From positions 2,784,001 to 2,848,000 of the forward strand of contig CAXXLX010000001.1 in the NCBI GenBank assembly GCA_963665235.2: a stretch of DNA of 64,000 bases. Reading direction: 5' to 3'. Numbering within the stretch: position 1 is the stretch's first letter; each line of letters opens with the position of its first letter. The position numbers and the translations under genes were made by a program. Origin of the DNA: Candidatus Poribacteria bacterium (GTDB lineage Bacteria; Poribacteria; WGA-4E; WGA-3G). The notes beneath the pieces were generated by a model. That model saw only the letters and a list, made by a program, of their open reading frames with translations. It was not told the DNA's origin and made no database searches. This document shows, one piece after another, positions 30,108 through 39,252 of the stretch.

Positions 30108-30758
30108 CTAGAGTAGATAGATGAAGGTGAAAACCATAATCCAGATAAGGTCAACGAAGTGCCAGTAAAGTCCCACAATTTCCACTTCATGGTTAAACTC
30201 AGCTGTATACCGGCCTGACCATCCATTTCTCAATATGACAGCGAGGTAGATAACACCGCCAGTTACGTGTAACCCGTGGAAACCCGTAATAGCATAAAAA
30301 GTGGGGCCGAAAAGTGTTGAACCGCTAATTGCATCTCCGGATAGACCGTGCTCCGGAATTCCTGTAAGTGTCAACCCATGGTGAATCAGATGATACCATT
30401 CATAAGCTTGTAACCCAAGGAAGATAACACCCCCTAAAATTGTCAACCCCAGAAAGTCACACATTCTTCCAACATCACCTTTCTGAATTGACTCCAATGC
30501 TTTCACCATCGTGACACTACTGCATATCAGCAGGAACGTCATAAAAGCGGTCAGGTTAATACCGAGTATCGCGCTTGGCGGCACCCATCCGATTACACCT
30601 GCACCCGCCCGGAGTGCCGCGTAAGCCGCGAGCAGGGCACCGAACGACATGGTATCCCCAACGAGGAAAATCCACATGCCGAGCTTACCGAGGCTATCAG
30701 GCGTAAGCGACGGTTCGTATACGTCTTCAGTATGTTCTAAAGTGGTAGCATGTTCCAC
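30108..30758 (-). CDS. ctaE: Cytochrome c oxidase subunit III (copy 2)
   Basis: GMWIFL, TGFHGLHV, GLYWHFVD. Confidence 0.92.
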   Translation of the reverse strand: MEHATTLEHTEDVYEPSLTPDSLGKLGMWIFLVGDTMSFGALLAAYAALRAGAGVIGWVPPSAILGINLTAFMTFLLICSSVTMVKALESIQKGDVGRMCDFLGLTILGGVIFLGLQAYEWYHLIHHGLTLTGIPEHGLSGDAISGSTLFGPTFYAITGFHGLHVTGGVIYLAVILRNGWSGRYTAEFNHEVEIVGLYWHFVDLIWIMVFTFIYLL

Positions 30759-30810
30759 TATACTAAACTCCTTTTCTGTTTATTGTCTAAAATTAATTGG
30801 GGAGTGTACG

Positions 30811-31026
30811 TCACGTCTTCAGTGCTCTATAATGGTAGAAGACGCTGCCCCCGATGATACCGAAAACCGTAAACGGCATCGCCATCATAAAAAGCACACT
30901 CCAATTAAAACCCCGCGCAATCGGTTCGTCAAGATTCTTGCATGCAGGGCATGCTTCAAGGCTGACAGGCACAAGCGAAACGAGCAAACCGATTACGAAA
31001 ATCCAAAAGAGAATCTGACGAAGCAT
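30811..31026 (-). CDS. Small membrane protein with an ACPAC (CxxC) motif
   Basis: Signal-like N-terminus, EACPACK, C-terminal TM; start reassigned to ATG 31026. Confidence 0.7.
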   Translation of the reverse strand: MLRQILFWIFVIGLLVSLVPVSLEACPACKNLDEPIARGFNWSVLFMMAMPFTVFGIIGGSVFYHYRALKT

Positions 31027-31037
31027 AAGTCTCTCCC

Positions 31038-31628
31038 TTAAGCGAAATATACCAAAAAATAGAGGACTGGCCACAGGGCAACCACAAAAATCCAATAAAT
31101 CGTGCATGTTTCAACACCGGTATACCGGACCGATGAAAACCTGCCCGCTATTGCCATACCCGCGACAATCATCAACCAAATTACCGCACCTAACACGTGA
31201 ACCGCGTGGCACCCGATAAGCACATAAAATATCCCGCCATACACCCCAGATTGGAGCGTCAGCCCTTTGTGAACGAGTTGCACCCATTCGCTTCCCTGTA
31301 TTACGAGGAAAAGCAAACCTAATGTACCCGTGAATATTAACCAATTGCGGAGCTGCGTGACCTGGTCTCTCCGAATCGCGCGCAGGGCCTGAAACATCGT
31401 GTATCCGCTCAGTAGCAGAAGGACCGTATTGATGCCTGTTACCGCACGCGGCAGTTGAATGTCAGCGTGAGACAGCGGCGGCCACATGACATTTCCCATC
31501 CGAAATACGAGAAACGCACCGATAAGTCCGACGAATAACATCGTCTCAGCACCGAGTAGAACGAGTATACCCAAGCGGGCGTTGCTCATTGGACGACTTT
31601 GCGTAATTTCGGAATCGCTATATGCCAT
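31038..31628 (-). CDS. Cytochrome c oxidase subunit III family (copy 1)
   Basis: AETMLF, NTVLLLLS, GCHAVHV, YWIFV. Confidence 0.88.
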   Translation of the reverse strand: MAYSDSEITQSRPMSNARLGILVLLGAETMLFVGLIGAFLVFRMGNVMWPPLSHADIQLPRAVTGINTVLLLLSGYTMFQALRAIRRDQVTQLRNWLIFTGTLGLLFLVIQGSEWVQLVHKGLTLQSGVYGGIFYVLIGCHAVHVLGAVIWLMIVAGMAIAGRFSSVRYTGVETCTIYWIFVVALWPVLYFLVYFA

Positions 31629-31629
31629 C

Positions 31630-31866
31630 TCATGCACCTTTTTTGATAATCCTAAGAATAATCTCAACAATCGCTGAGCCTATCAGCAAAAACCCCGCAG
31701 TACCGGCAATCGCTATGATAATATAGGTAACAATTTTCTTGACAGATGGCGCAGCTTCAAACCCTGAAACAAATCCCAATATAGAAAGGGTGAACAATCC
31801 TATAAACAGTAAAACCAATAGGGCACCAACTATACGATTTCGCTTGCGATGTTTCTGCATGTTCAT
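31630..31866 (-). CDS. Small two-TM hypothetical protein
   Basis: GGAGG RBS, two hydrophobic helices, fills the operon gap. Confidence 0.6.
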   Translation of the reverse strand: MNMQKHRKRNRIVGALLVLLFIGLFTLSILGFVSGFEAAPSVKKIVTYIIIAIAGTAGFLLIGSAIVEIILRIIKKGA

Positions 31867-31885
31867 GAGGCCTCCGATAGCTAAA

Positions 31886-32812
31886 CTAAATTTTGTCAAT
31901 TGCCATCGTAATAAATATCAGCGGTAAGTACAGCAGGGACGCGTGCAAAACGTACCGTGCCGCTTTCACAGAGCGGCTTTTCTCTAAATAGATGCCACTT
32001 GCCAAAAACATACCGCCCATGAGAAGTGCTGCGAAAAAATAGATGCTACCTGCAATGTTGAACAGTGTCGGAAGAAGTCCGATACCCAATAACGCGACGC
32101 AGTTGATTACAATCTGACGACGTGTGCTCTTCCCATCCGGATGGATAACAGGCAACAACTTTAATCCTGCGTTCGCGTAGTCCTCACGATAGATATACGC
32201 TATTGCAAGGGAATGCGGAAGTTGCCATAGAAAGAGAATCGCAAATAACACCCATGCCGGGCCCGAAATCTGACCTTGTGCCGCAACCCATCCGACGACA
32301 GGCGGCAGGGCCCCCGGAACCGCCCCGATGAGCGTACACAACGAGGTTTTCCGTTTGAGCGGGGTATAGAGAAACAGATAACTCACCACTATAACCGAAA
32401 TCACAAACCCGCTGAGCGGATTGACAATCAGTGTCAGGTAAAGCATGCCACTTCCTGTTAAGCTTGCACTGAAGCAGAGTGCTATTATTGGGAGCATCCT
32501 GCCATCTGGAAGTGGCCTTTCCCGAGTCCGCTTCATCTGTGCATCTATATCGCGTTCAAGGTATTGATTCAATCCTAAAACCCCGGCGGCGGTCAGACCT
32601 GCCCCAATAAGTGTGTGCAGGCAACGAAACCAATCGACCGGCTGCTGCGAGCCGATATAAAACCCTGCTGCCGTTGTAATCAGAATCATCAATACCAACC
32701 GGGGTTTGACAAGTTCTATATAGGCGACAGCACGTCTCGTTAAAACCGAGTGCCACGACGGCGGTTTTACCTCCTCCGTGTTGTTGGATACCGTTACCGT
32801 TGTTGAACGCAT
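31886..32812 (-). CDS. ctaB: Protoheme IX farnesyltransferase (heme O synthase)
   Basis: LVKPR, ERDIDAQMKRTRERPLP, YTPLKR, WQLPH. Confidence 0.95.
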   Translation of the reverse strand: MRSTTVTVSNNTEEVKPPSWHSVLTRRAVAYIELVKPRLVLMILITTAAGFYIGSQQPVDWFRCLHTLIGAGLTAAGVLGLNQYLERDIDAQMKRTRERPLPDGRMLPIIALCFSASLTGSGMLYLTLIVNPLSGFVISVIVVSYLFLYTPLKRKTSLCTLIGAVPGALPPVVGWVAAQGQISGPAWVLFAILFLWQLPHSLAIAYIYREDYANAGLKLLPVIHPDGKSTRRQIVINCVALLGIGLLPTLFNIAGSIYFFAALLMGGMFLASGIYLEKSRSVKAARYVLHASLLYLPLIFITMAIDKI

Positions 32813-32821
32813 AATTTCATC

Positions 32822-33769
32822 TCATTCCGTGGCGAGTGCACTGCTATCAGACACATTAACAGATGCTGGGGTATCAGTGAGCCGATAAATTTTCAGGGTT
32901 ATCACGAAACTGATAACCAACAAAAGGGCACCTACCGCAACGTGTGCAGTGGTAATTGTCACTGTAAGTGCTGCTGCCATCGTGTCACCAAAGGTGGTAA
33001 GTTTTGCCAAAAACGCCCCGGTGCCGAGCAGTAATTGAACAGCCAGCAGCACTATCAAGGACATCGTCAACCGAAACATATTTTCCACCTGCAATATTCG
33101 CCTTGCCAAGAGAAAGATATGGAGTGTAACCAAAAATGCCAAGAGAAGATGGGCATCAAGTCTGTTTCCCGTATGCCGTAGAATCGCCCCGAAGATAAGC
33201 TGCACATAAATTAAACCTGTTGTAATTAGGCTTAACCGCCGTAATTTCCCCGCAGCAAGGTTTATTGGCACACGTTTACCGTTCTGACTGTCCCACCACT
33301 CGCGAGAGGTGAACCAAGCAATGCCCCCTAGCAAAGCAAAAAACGCTTGTGCAAGACATGCATGAACTATCGCGAAGTTGAGATTCAGCTCGGTAACCCG
33401 AAGTCCCCCGAGAACGCCTTGCACGATAACACCAATGAGGGCAGCTACGCCAAGCCATTTTAACCACCTGCGTGAGTCTGTCGCGAGCAGCATGATAAAC
33501 AAACCAACCGTTAAGAGGCCAACTATCGACCCCATTAAACGGTGACTATGCTCATAAAGGATACCGCCCACCATCTCCGATAACGGATATAGAAACATGT
33601 TATACCCGAAGGTTGTCGGCCAATCGGGGACAGCCAGTCCGGAGTCAGTACTTGTGACAATGCCGCCGATGACAATCAGCAGAAAGGTTGCACCTGCGGT
33701 GAGGTATGCCATTCTGTATCGCCAGGGGCTATAACTAGCGTGATTCTTCTCTTCATGCTGTGTTTCCAT
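32822..33769 (-). CDS. ctaA: Heme A synthase (COX15/CtaA)
   Basis: GLAVPDWP, EHSHR, QGVLGG..V, multiple His-bearing TMs. Confidence 0.9.
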   Translation of the reverse strand: METQHEEKNHASYSPWRYRMAYLTAGATFLLIVIGGIVTSTDSGLAVPDWPTTFGYNMFLYPLSEMVGGILYEHSHRLMGSIVGLLTVGLFIMLLATDSRRWLKWLGVAALIGVIVQGVLGGLRVTELNLNFAIVHACLAQAFFALLGGIAWFTSREWWDSQNGKRVPINLAAGKLRRLSLITTGLIYVQLIFGAILRHTGNRLDAHLLLAFLVTLHIFLLARRILQVENMFRLTMSLIVLLAVQLLLGTGAFLAKLTTFGDTMAAALTVTITTAHVAVGALLLVISFVITLKIYRLTDTPASVNVSDSSALATE

Positions 33770-33841
33770 GGGTGAGCGGATATTTCCTCCAAATGGCACG
33801 GTTTAAAGACCGTGCCGATTGTTATGACAGGCTTCCTTTAC

Positions 33842-35848
33842 CTAATCGCCAGCACTTGCCGGGGCGTGCTCAGGTTGCGCTTGCGGAATCCAATCAGATT
33901 CTTCACCAGGTACACTGTATTCATAGGGACCACGGTACACAGTCGGAATTTGAGCAAAATTACCGTGCGGCACAGGTGTAGGTGCCTCCCATTCCAACGT
34001 GTTGACCTGCCACGGATTCTTCTCGGCAACCTTCCCGCGATATATGCTCCAGAAGAAATTGAAGACAAGTATCAATTGTGTAAAACCGAGGGTAAACGCA
34101 CTCATTGTGATAAAAATGTTCATACCTTCAAACCCTTGTAAGAACGTATACTCCATCGGATTGGAAATTCTCCGCATGTGCCCGCCTACACCGAGAATAT
34201 GCATCGGGAAGAAGGTGCAGTTAAAGGCGATGAACGTCAACCAAAAATGAATTTTGGACAACGTATCGTTCATATAGCGGCCGTACATCTTCGGAAACCA
34301 GAAAATGATACCGCCAAAGATAGCGAACAGACTCCCGCCAAAGACCACGTAGTGAATATGGGCTACAATGTAGTACGTATCGTGAATGTAAATGTCCACC
34401 GGCGTATTTGCCATATAAATACCGCTCAACCCGCCGATTACGAACATTGACACAAACGCGATAGCGTGAAGCATCGGGGTCGTAAATCGGATTGAACCCC
34501 GGTACATTGTCCCAAGCCAGTTAAATGTCTTAATAGCCGAAGGCACAGCGATAAGCATCGTTGTCGTCATAAAGAAGGCACCCATTCCCGGACGCATTCC
34601 ACTTTGGAACATGTGGTGTCCCCAGACAACCCATCCCAAAAACGCAATCGCAATCATCGCGTAGACCATAGAACGGTAGCCGAAAACCGGTTTCCGAGAG
34701 AAAACTGTTACCAATTCGGAAGCAATGCCCATCCCCGGTAAAATCAGAATATACACCTCGGGGTGCCCAAAAAACCAAAATAGGTGTTGCCAGAGAAGCG
34801 GGTCGCCTCCACCTTCAGTTGTCGCCGTGAAGAACGTTGTACCCGCAAGCCTATCAAAGATAAGTAGTGCCAACGCGGAAGATAACACAGGGAAAGCAAG
34901 AAGCAACAGAATCGCTACAATAAAAAGGGACCAGATGACCAAAGGCAGTCTAAAGAACGTCATCCCTGGGGCCCGCATATTGATAATTGTGGTGATGTAG
35001 TTAATAGACCCCACTAATGAGGAAAACCCTTGAATCAGCAAGCTTATTGCCCATAAGTTTAGTCCCCAGCCAACCCCTGTCCACTGCGCATCACTGGATA
35101 GCGGCGCGTAACCTGTCCAACCAGCTGAAGCATGCCCGCCAGGAATGAAAAATCCAGCTGCCATTACAATTGCTGCAAGCACGGCAAGCCAAAAAGAGAG
35201 CATATTCAGAACAGGAAACGCCATATCTCGGGTACCAATCATCAGCGGAATTAAGAAATTTCCGAACGCACCAACCAAGATAGGCACAACAACGAAAAAC
35301 ACCATAATAGTGGCGTGCATCGTAAACAGCATGTTGTAAAATGATGGGGTCATAATACCCGCAGGCATATTTACTTCAAGCCACTCCTCTTTTTCGGATT
35401 CATAAATGCCTTCCCACATCCGGTCAGCCCACGTTACGACCTCACCGTCCTCTAAATATTCGGGGGAAACACCAATAAAAGGCAGCGGTTTAGCTTCCTT
35501 GGCAGCCTTTCCACCTTCCAATTCAGGGATGCCGGGATAAGCGAGTTGCCATCTAAAGAGCAGCGCAAGCCCACCCCCGAGAAACAGCATAATCAGACCG
35601 TAGATTAAGAACTGCTTCCCAATCATCTTGTGGTCGAGCGAGAAGATGTACTTCCTAAAAAAACCTTCTTCATGATGATGTGCATGGGCATCGTGATGTT
35701 CTCCGTTATGCTCGTGCTCATGCTCATGCTCGTGCTCATGCTCGTGCTCATGCTCGTGCTCATGCGTTTCTGCGTCGTTATCTTCATGTGCATCAACACG
35801 GTTTTCGTCAGTGTCGTGTTCATGTGACATATTTTCGTTTTCTTGCAT
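33842..35848 (-). CDS. ctaD: Heme-copper oxidase subunit I, A1 type, with a His/Glu-rich N-terminus
   Basis: DHKMIG, HATIM, WFFGHPEVY, WGHHMF, HDTYYIVAHIHY, MRR. Start ATG 35848 after AAGGAG. Confidence 0.97.
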   Translation of the reverse strand: MQENENMSHEHDTDENRVDAHEDNDAETHEHEHEHEHEHEHEHEHEHNGEHHDAHAHHHEEGFFRKYIFSLDHKMIGKQFLIYGLIMLFLGGGLALLFRWQLAYPGIPELEGGKAAKEAKPLPFIGVSPEYLEDGEVVTWADRMWEGIYESEKEEWLEVNMPAGIMTPSFYNMLFTMHATIMVFFVVVPILVGAFGNFLIPLMIGTRDMAFPVLNMLSFWLAVLAAIVMAAGFFIPGGHASAGWTGYAPLSSDAQWTGVGWGLNLWAISLLIQGFSSLVGSINYITTIINMRAPGMTFFRLPLVIWSLFIVAILLLLAFPVLSSALALLIFDRLAGTTFFTATTEGGGDPLLWQHLFWFFGHPEVYILILPGMGIASELVTVFSRKPVFGYRSMVYAMIAIAFLGWVVWGHHMFQSGMRPGMGAFFMTTTMLIAVPSAIKTFNWLGTMYRGSIRFTTPMLHAIAFVSMFVIGGLSGIYMANTPVDIYIHDTYYIVAHIHYVVFGGSLFAIFGGIIFWFPKMYGRYMNDTLSKIHFWLTFIAFNCTFFPMHILGVGGHMRRISNPMEYTFLQGFEGMNIFITMSAFTLGFTQLILVFNFFWSIYRGKVAEKNPWQVNTLEWEAPTPVPHGNFAQIPTVYRGPYEYSVPGEESDWIPQAQPEHAPASAGD
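35708..35764 (-). repeat. Hexamer repeat encoding H(EH)9
   Basis: (CAY GAG)n in frame within the ctaD 5' end. Confidence 0.9.
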
Positions 35849-35909
35849 GGTTGTTTTTACTCCTTTCGCGACCCCCAAATTCGGTTTATTCAGGCCGCTC
35901 TAATGTTCC

Positions 35910-36569
35910 TTACTCAGGCCACTGTTCTTGAACCCATGCATCATATTCTTCTTGCGTTTTCACATTGAGATATCCGCGCATGGTTGAGTGTCCGAATCCA
36001 CAGAGTTCGGCACATGCAATTTCGTAACGTCCTATTTTTGCCGCTTTAAACTTGACGTTGTCAATAGTTCGATTCGGCAGTGCGTCCTGTTTCAGTCGCA
36101 AATTAGGTATAAAAAAACTGTGAATCACATCTTTAGAAGTTAACACGATATGCACGACCTTGTCGATAGGGACATGCAACTCGTTTTCCAATTCCAGATC
36201 ATCCGCTGTGTCGAATTCACCATCCGGCCCGGGGTAAATCATATACCAGTTAAACTGTTCACCTCGAACCTGAACCACATAATCCGGATTTTCAGGTGGT
36301 GATTTGAGATTGTTCCACTGCGGGAAGCTGAGCATTGCCAGGCCAAATACAATCACCGTTGTTACTGCGGTCCAGGTGATTTCAAGCTTCGTACTTCCTT
36401 CAATGTATTCAGCACGGTGTCCTTCTCGATGGCGATATTTAATGAGAAACACTATCAGCGTCGCCATCACAAGGACAAACACTATCGCGGTAATCCAATA
36501 GATGAGTGTAAAGAGGTCATCAATACCTTGCCCGAATGTTGATATATTCTCTGGGAGCCATTGAAGCAT
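35910..36569 (-). CDS. ctaC: Cytochrome c oxidase subunit II (CuA), no cytochrome c fusion
   Basis: LEITWT, DVIHSF, CAELCGFGHSTM. Confidence 0.96.
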   Translation of the reverse strand: MLQWLPENISTFGQGIDDLFTLIYWITAIVFVLVMATLIVFLIKYRHREGHRAEYIEGSTKLEITWTAVTTVIVFGLAMLSFPQWNNLKSPPENPDYVVQVRGEQFNWYMIYPGPDGEFDTADDLELENELHVPIDKVVHIVLTSKDVIHSFFIPNLRLKQDALPNRTIDNVKFKAAKIGRYEIACAELCGFGHSTMRGYLNVKTQEEYDAWVQEQWPE

Positions 36570-36624
36570 TCATTCCTCCTTTTTCCAAAAAATCGTAGGC
36601 AAAATATTCGTTAAGTGCAATATC

Positions 36625-37404
36625 TTAAGTCGTTTCTGCTGAAGCAGTAAACATTGCACCCAAGTAGGTCAAGATACAAAACAGAGTCGTAATCAATATA
36701 GAAAGTGTCCACGGCGGCATGCTGCCGGCTGTAGTTACGGTACCAGAATAGAGGCTGTGCCGAAAAGCGGCGAGCCCATAAGTTAAAGGGTTCAATTTCA
36801 TTACCCACTCCAACCAAGGCGGTGCCCCCGCACTCGGAAAAAACGCACCGGACAACAGCCAAATCGGAATAAGTAAAAGGTTCATAATCGCATGAAAACC
36901 TTGCGTCGAATCCATCCGCCAAGCAAGCAGCAACCCAAGGTTTGTCAAACCAAAAGCCAGAAGCACCATCACGCCCAACGTCAAAGTCAGGGACAGAATA
37001 CCGAAGCGGATACCAACCAGCGGTGCTAGAACCAGTAGCAGCACGCCTTGTAGAAGTGCCAATGTCGTTCCGCCTAAGGCTTGTCCAAGAACAATCCCCC
37101 ACCTCGGCACTGGAGCAACGAGGACACCTTGTAAAAATCCCGTGTGCCGCTCATTCACAACCGAAATTGTAGCAAAAATGGCGGTAAAAAGCAAAACTAA
37201 AATGACGATGCCCGGATAAAAGTACTCAATATACCCGATTTCTGCCGAAGTACCAGCGGGTCGAAAAGAGGCATCCAAACCACTCCCAATCAGAAGCCAG
37301 AATACCAAAGGTTGCGCAATTGCACTGAAAAGTCTGCTCCGTTGGCGATAAAACCGAATGATTTCACGCCACCATATCGTTATAACCGGTAGCAAAACGC
37401 TCAT
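36625..37404 (-). CDS. ABC-2 type transporter permease
   Basis: Six TMs, ERHTGFL, LSGAFFP, NPLTY. Confidence 0.9.
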   Translation of the reverse strand: MSVLLPVITIWWREIIRFYRQRSRLFSAIAQPLVFWLLIGSGLDASFRPAGTSAEIGYIEYFYPGIVILVLLFTAIFATISVVNERHTGFLQGVLVAPVPRWGIVLGQALGGTTLALLQGVLLLVLAPLVGIRFGILSLTLTLGVMVLLAFGLTNLGLLLAWRMDSTQGFHAIMNLLLIPIWLLSGAFFPSAGAPPWLEWVMKLNPLTYGLAAFRHSLYSGTVTTAGSMPPWTLSILITTLFCILTYLGAMFTASAETT

Positions 37405-37419
37405 CGCTCCGCACCTCCC

Positions 37420-38340
37420 TTACACGAACGGGGTGCCTGTCAGCTTTATGAAAACGTCCGCCAATGTCGGTTTCCCGAAACGGACCGCCTGAATCTCATC
37501 AGGAAATGTCGCAACCGCGTCCCTCACAAACTCGTGACCGCGCTCACATTCAACCCGGAGGCAATTGTCAGCTACTACTACTGAAATGCCAAACTTATCT
37601 GTAAGAGCAGTCCTAAGTGTCTCACAGTTCCTGCTCTCTATCATGACAACATCACCCCCGATTTCCGACTTGAGTTGGTCAGGGATTCCGAGGGCAACTA
37701 ACCTACCGCTCTCCAAAATGCCTACTCGGTTAGCCAACTCCGCCTCATCCAAAAGGTGTGTTGTCCGGAGCACAAGAATATTTTCCGTTTTTGCAAGTAA
37801 ACGCAGATAATCACCTAGTTGTCTTCTTACACCGATGTCCAATCCACTGCTCGGTTCATCTAGAAGCAAAACCCGCGGCGAATGGAGCATCGCTTTCGCA
37901 ATTTCAACCCGTCTCTGTAACCCGCCGGACAACTCTTCGACAAGGTCATTCGCTCTATTTTTAATGTCAAACCTTTCCAGCAGTTCCGAAATTCTATGGT
38001 GTAAACGTTTCCCGCTCAAACCGTAGAGATGCCCGTGATGGCGCAAATTTTCAGTAACACTCAGCTTGACATCTAACCCGGGATGTTGAAAAACAACCCC
38101 TAATAATTTCCGAATCGCCTTCGCATCGGTACGCAAATCAAATCCGAGAATGTTCACACTTCCGGACGTTGGCGGGAGCAGCGTAGACAAAATCTTAAAA
38201 AGCGTTGTTTTGCCACTACCGTTCGGTCCGAGAAAACAGAGAATCTCACCACATGTTACGGTGAAATGGACATCGGCCAACGCACGCCGTGTACCGTAAG
38301 TGTGTGTTAGATTTTCAACCGTAAGCTTGTTCTTACTCAC
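37420..38340 (-). CDS. ABC transporter ATP-binding protein
   Basis: GPNGSGKT, LSGG, LLLDEP. Confidence 0.93.
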   Translation of the reverse strand: MSKNKLTVENLTHTYGTRRALADVHFTVTCGEILCFLGPNGSGKTTLFKILSTLLPPTSGSVNILGFDLRTDAKAIRKLLGVVFQHPGLDVKLSVTENLRHHGHLYGLSGKRLHHRISELLERFDIKNRANDLVEELSGGLQRRVEIAKAMLHSPRVLLLDEPSSGLDIGVRRQLGDYLRLLAKTENILVLRTTHLLDEAELANRVGILESGRLVALGIPDQLKSEIGGDVVMIESRNCETLRTALTDKFGISVVVADNCLRVECERGHEFVRDAVATFPDEIQAVRFGKPTLADVFIKLTGTPFV

Positions 38341-39148
38341 TGCTCTCTTTAAGTTTCAGCGTGAAATCCTGCTTGACTTCGCCACCTGCAGCAACCGTAA
38401 CAGCAGCTGGTGCCTTGTTATTCGTACCACACGCTTCATGCCAATAGCCTAATTTATAGGTGCCGGGGGGAACATTTTCAATTGTGAACTCACCCTTTTC
38501 GTTTGTCACAGCAAAGTAAGGATGCGGTACATAAGCAATCCACGCCGACATCCACCCGTGAATGTCACATTTCACATTGACCGGGCCTTCTGCTTTCTTA
38601 GCGACACCTTCACGGGACAGCCGCATCTTTTTCCGCGTCTTCGGCTGCTGTTTGTTCACAGACGTGTTGTTTTTCTTACTACCGAAGATATGCACATTGT
38701 GTGTCGCCTTATCGCTATTCAACACCGTCAAGGTTGCACCAACAGGAACGATCTGCACATGCGGCTCAAATCGGCACTCCTTCTGGTCAATTTCTGGTTT
38801 TTTCGCTTTCGCGTCAAAATCCTTACCTTCTGAAATGTCCATCAGATAAACAATCGTATTTTTCACGACCTTCCCTTCGCCAACGACGAGGGTTTCATCG
38901 TGCTTATCCGTAGCACCACAAACCGCCTGATCTTTCGTAATTTCCAGCTTTTTCATCTCAGGCGCGTCGCCTTCAAACTTAACAACACCGCTAATTTTCC
39001 CACCGTTGCTAACCGACATCGTTTTATACGATTCCGGAAAAACAAGTTTATTCATTTTTTCCTCTTCCTCGTGGTTGTCTGCAAACACAATGAATCCGAA
39101 GCAGCACACGAGAAGAGCTGTGAGATATCCCAACATTTTAGTTTTCAT
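38333..39148 (-). CDS. Secreted carboxypeptidase-regulatory-like / cupredoxin-like protein (paralog 1)
   Basis: Signal peptide, DQKECRF.PHV, HNVH, CDIHGWM, WHE. Confidence 0.75.
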   Translation of the reverse strand: MKTKMLGYLTALLVCCFGFIVFADNHEEEEKMNKLVFPESYKTMSVSNGGKISGVVKFEGDAPEMKKLEITKDQAVCGATDKHDETLVVGEGKVVKNTIVYLMDISEGKDFDAKAKKPEIDQKECRFEPHVQIVPVGATLTVLNSDKATHNVHIFGSKKNNTSVNKQQPKTRKKMRLSREGVAKKAEGPVNVKCDIHGWMSAWIAYVPHPYFAVTNEKGEFTIENVPPGTYKLGYWHEACGTNNKAPAAVTVAAGGEVKQDFTLKLKESSE

Positions 39149-39252
39149 TTTTATCTCCTTTATTGACGCACCTAATCCGATGGCGCGCCTTAGTAAAATT
39201 CAGAGTTTAAGGAGCATCGCTGCCCCCAATTATTTTTATTTTTACTATAGAA

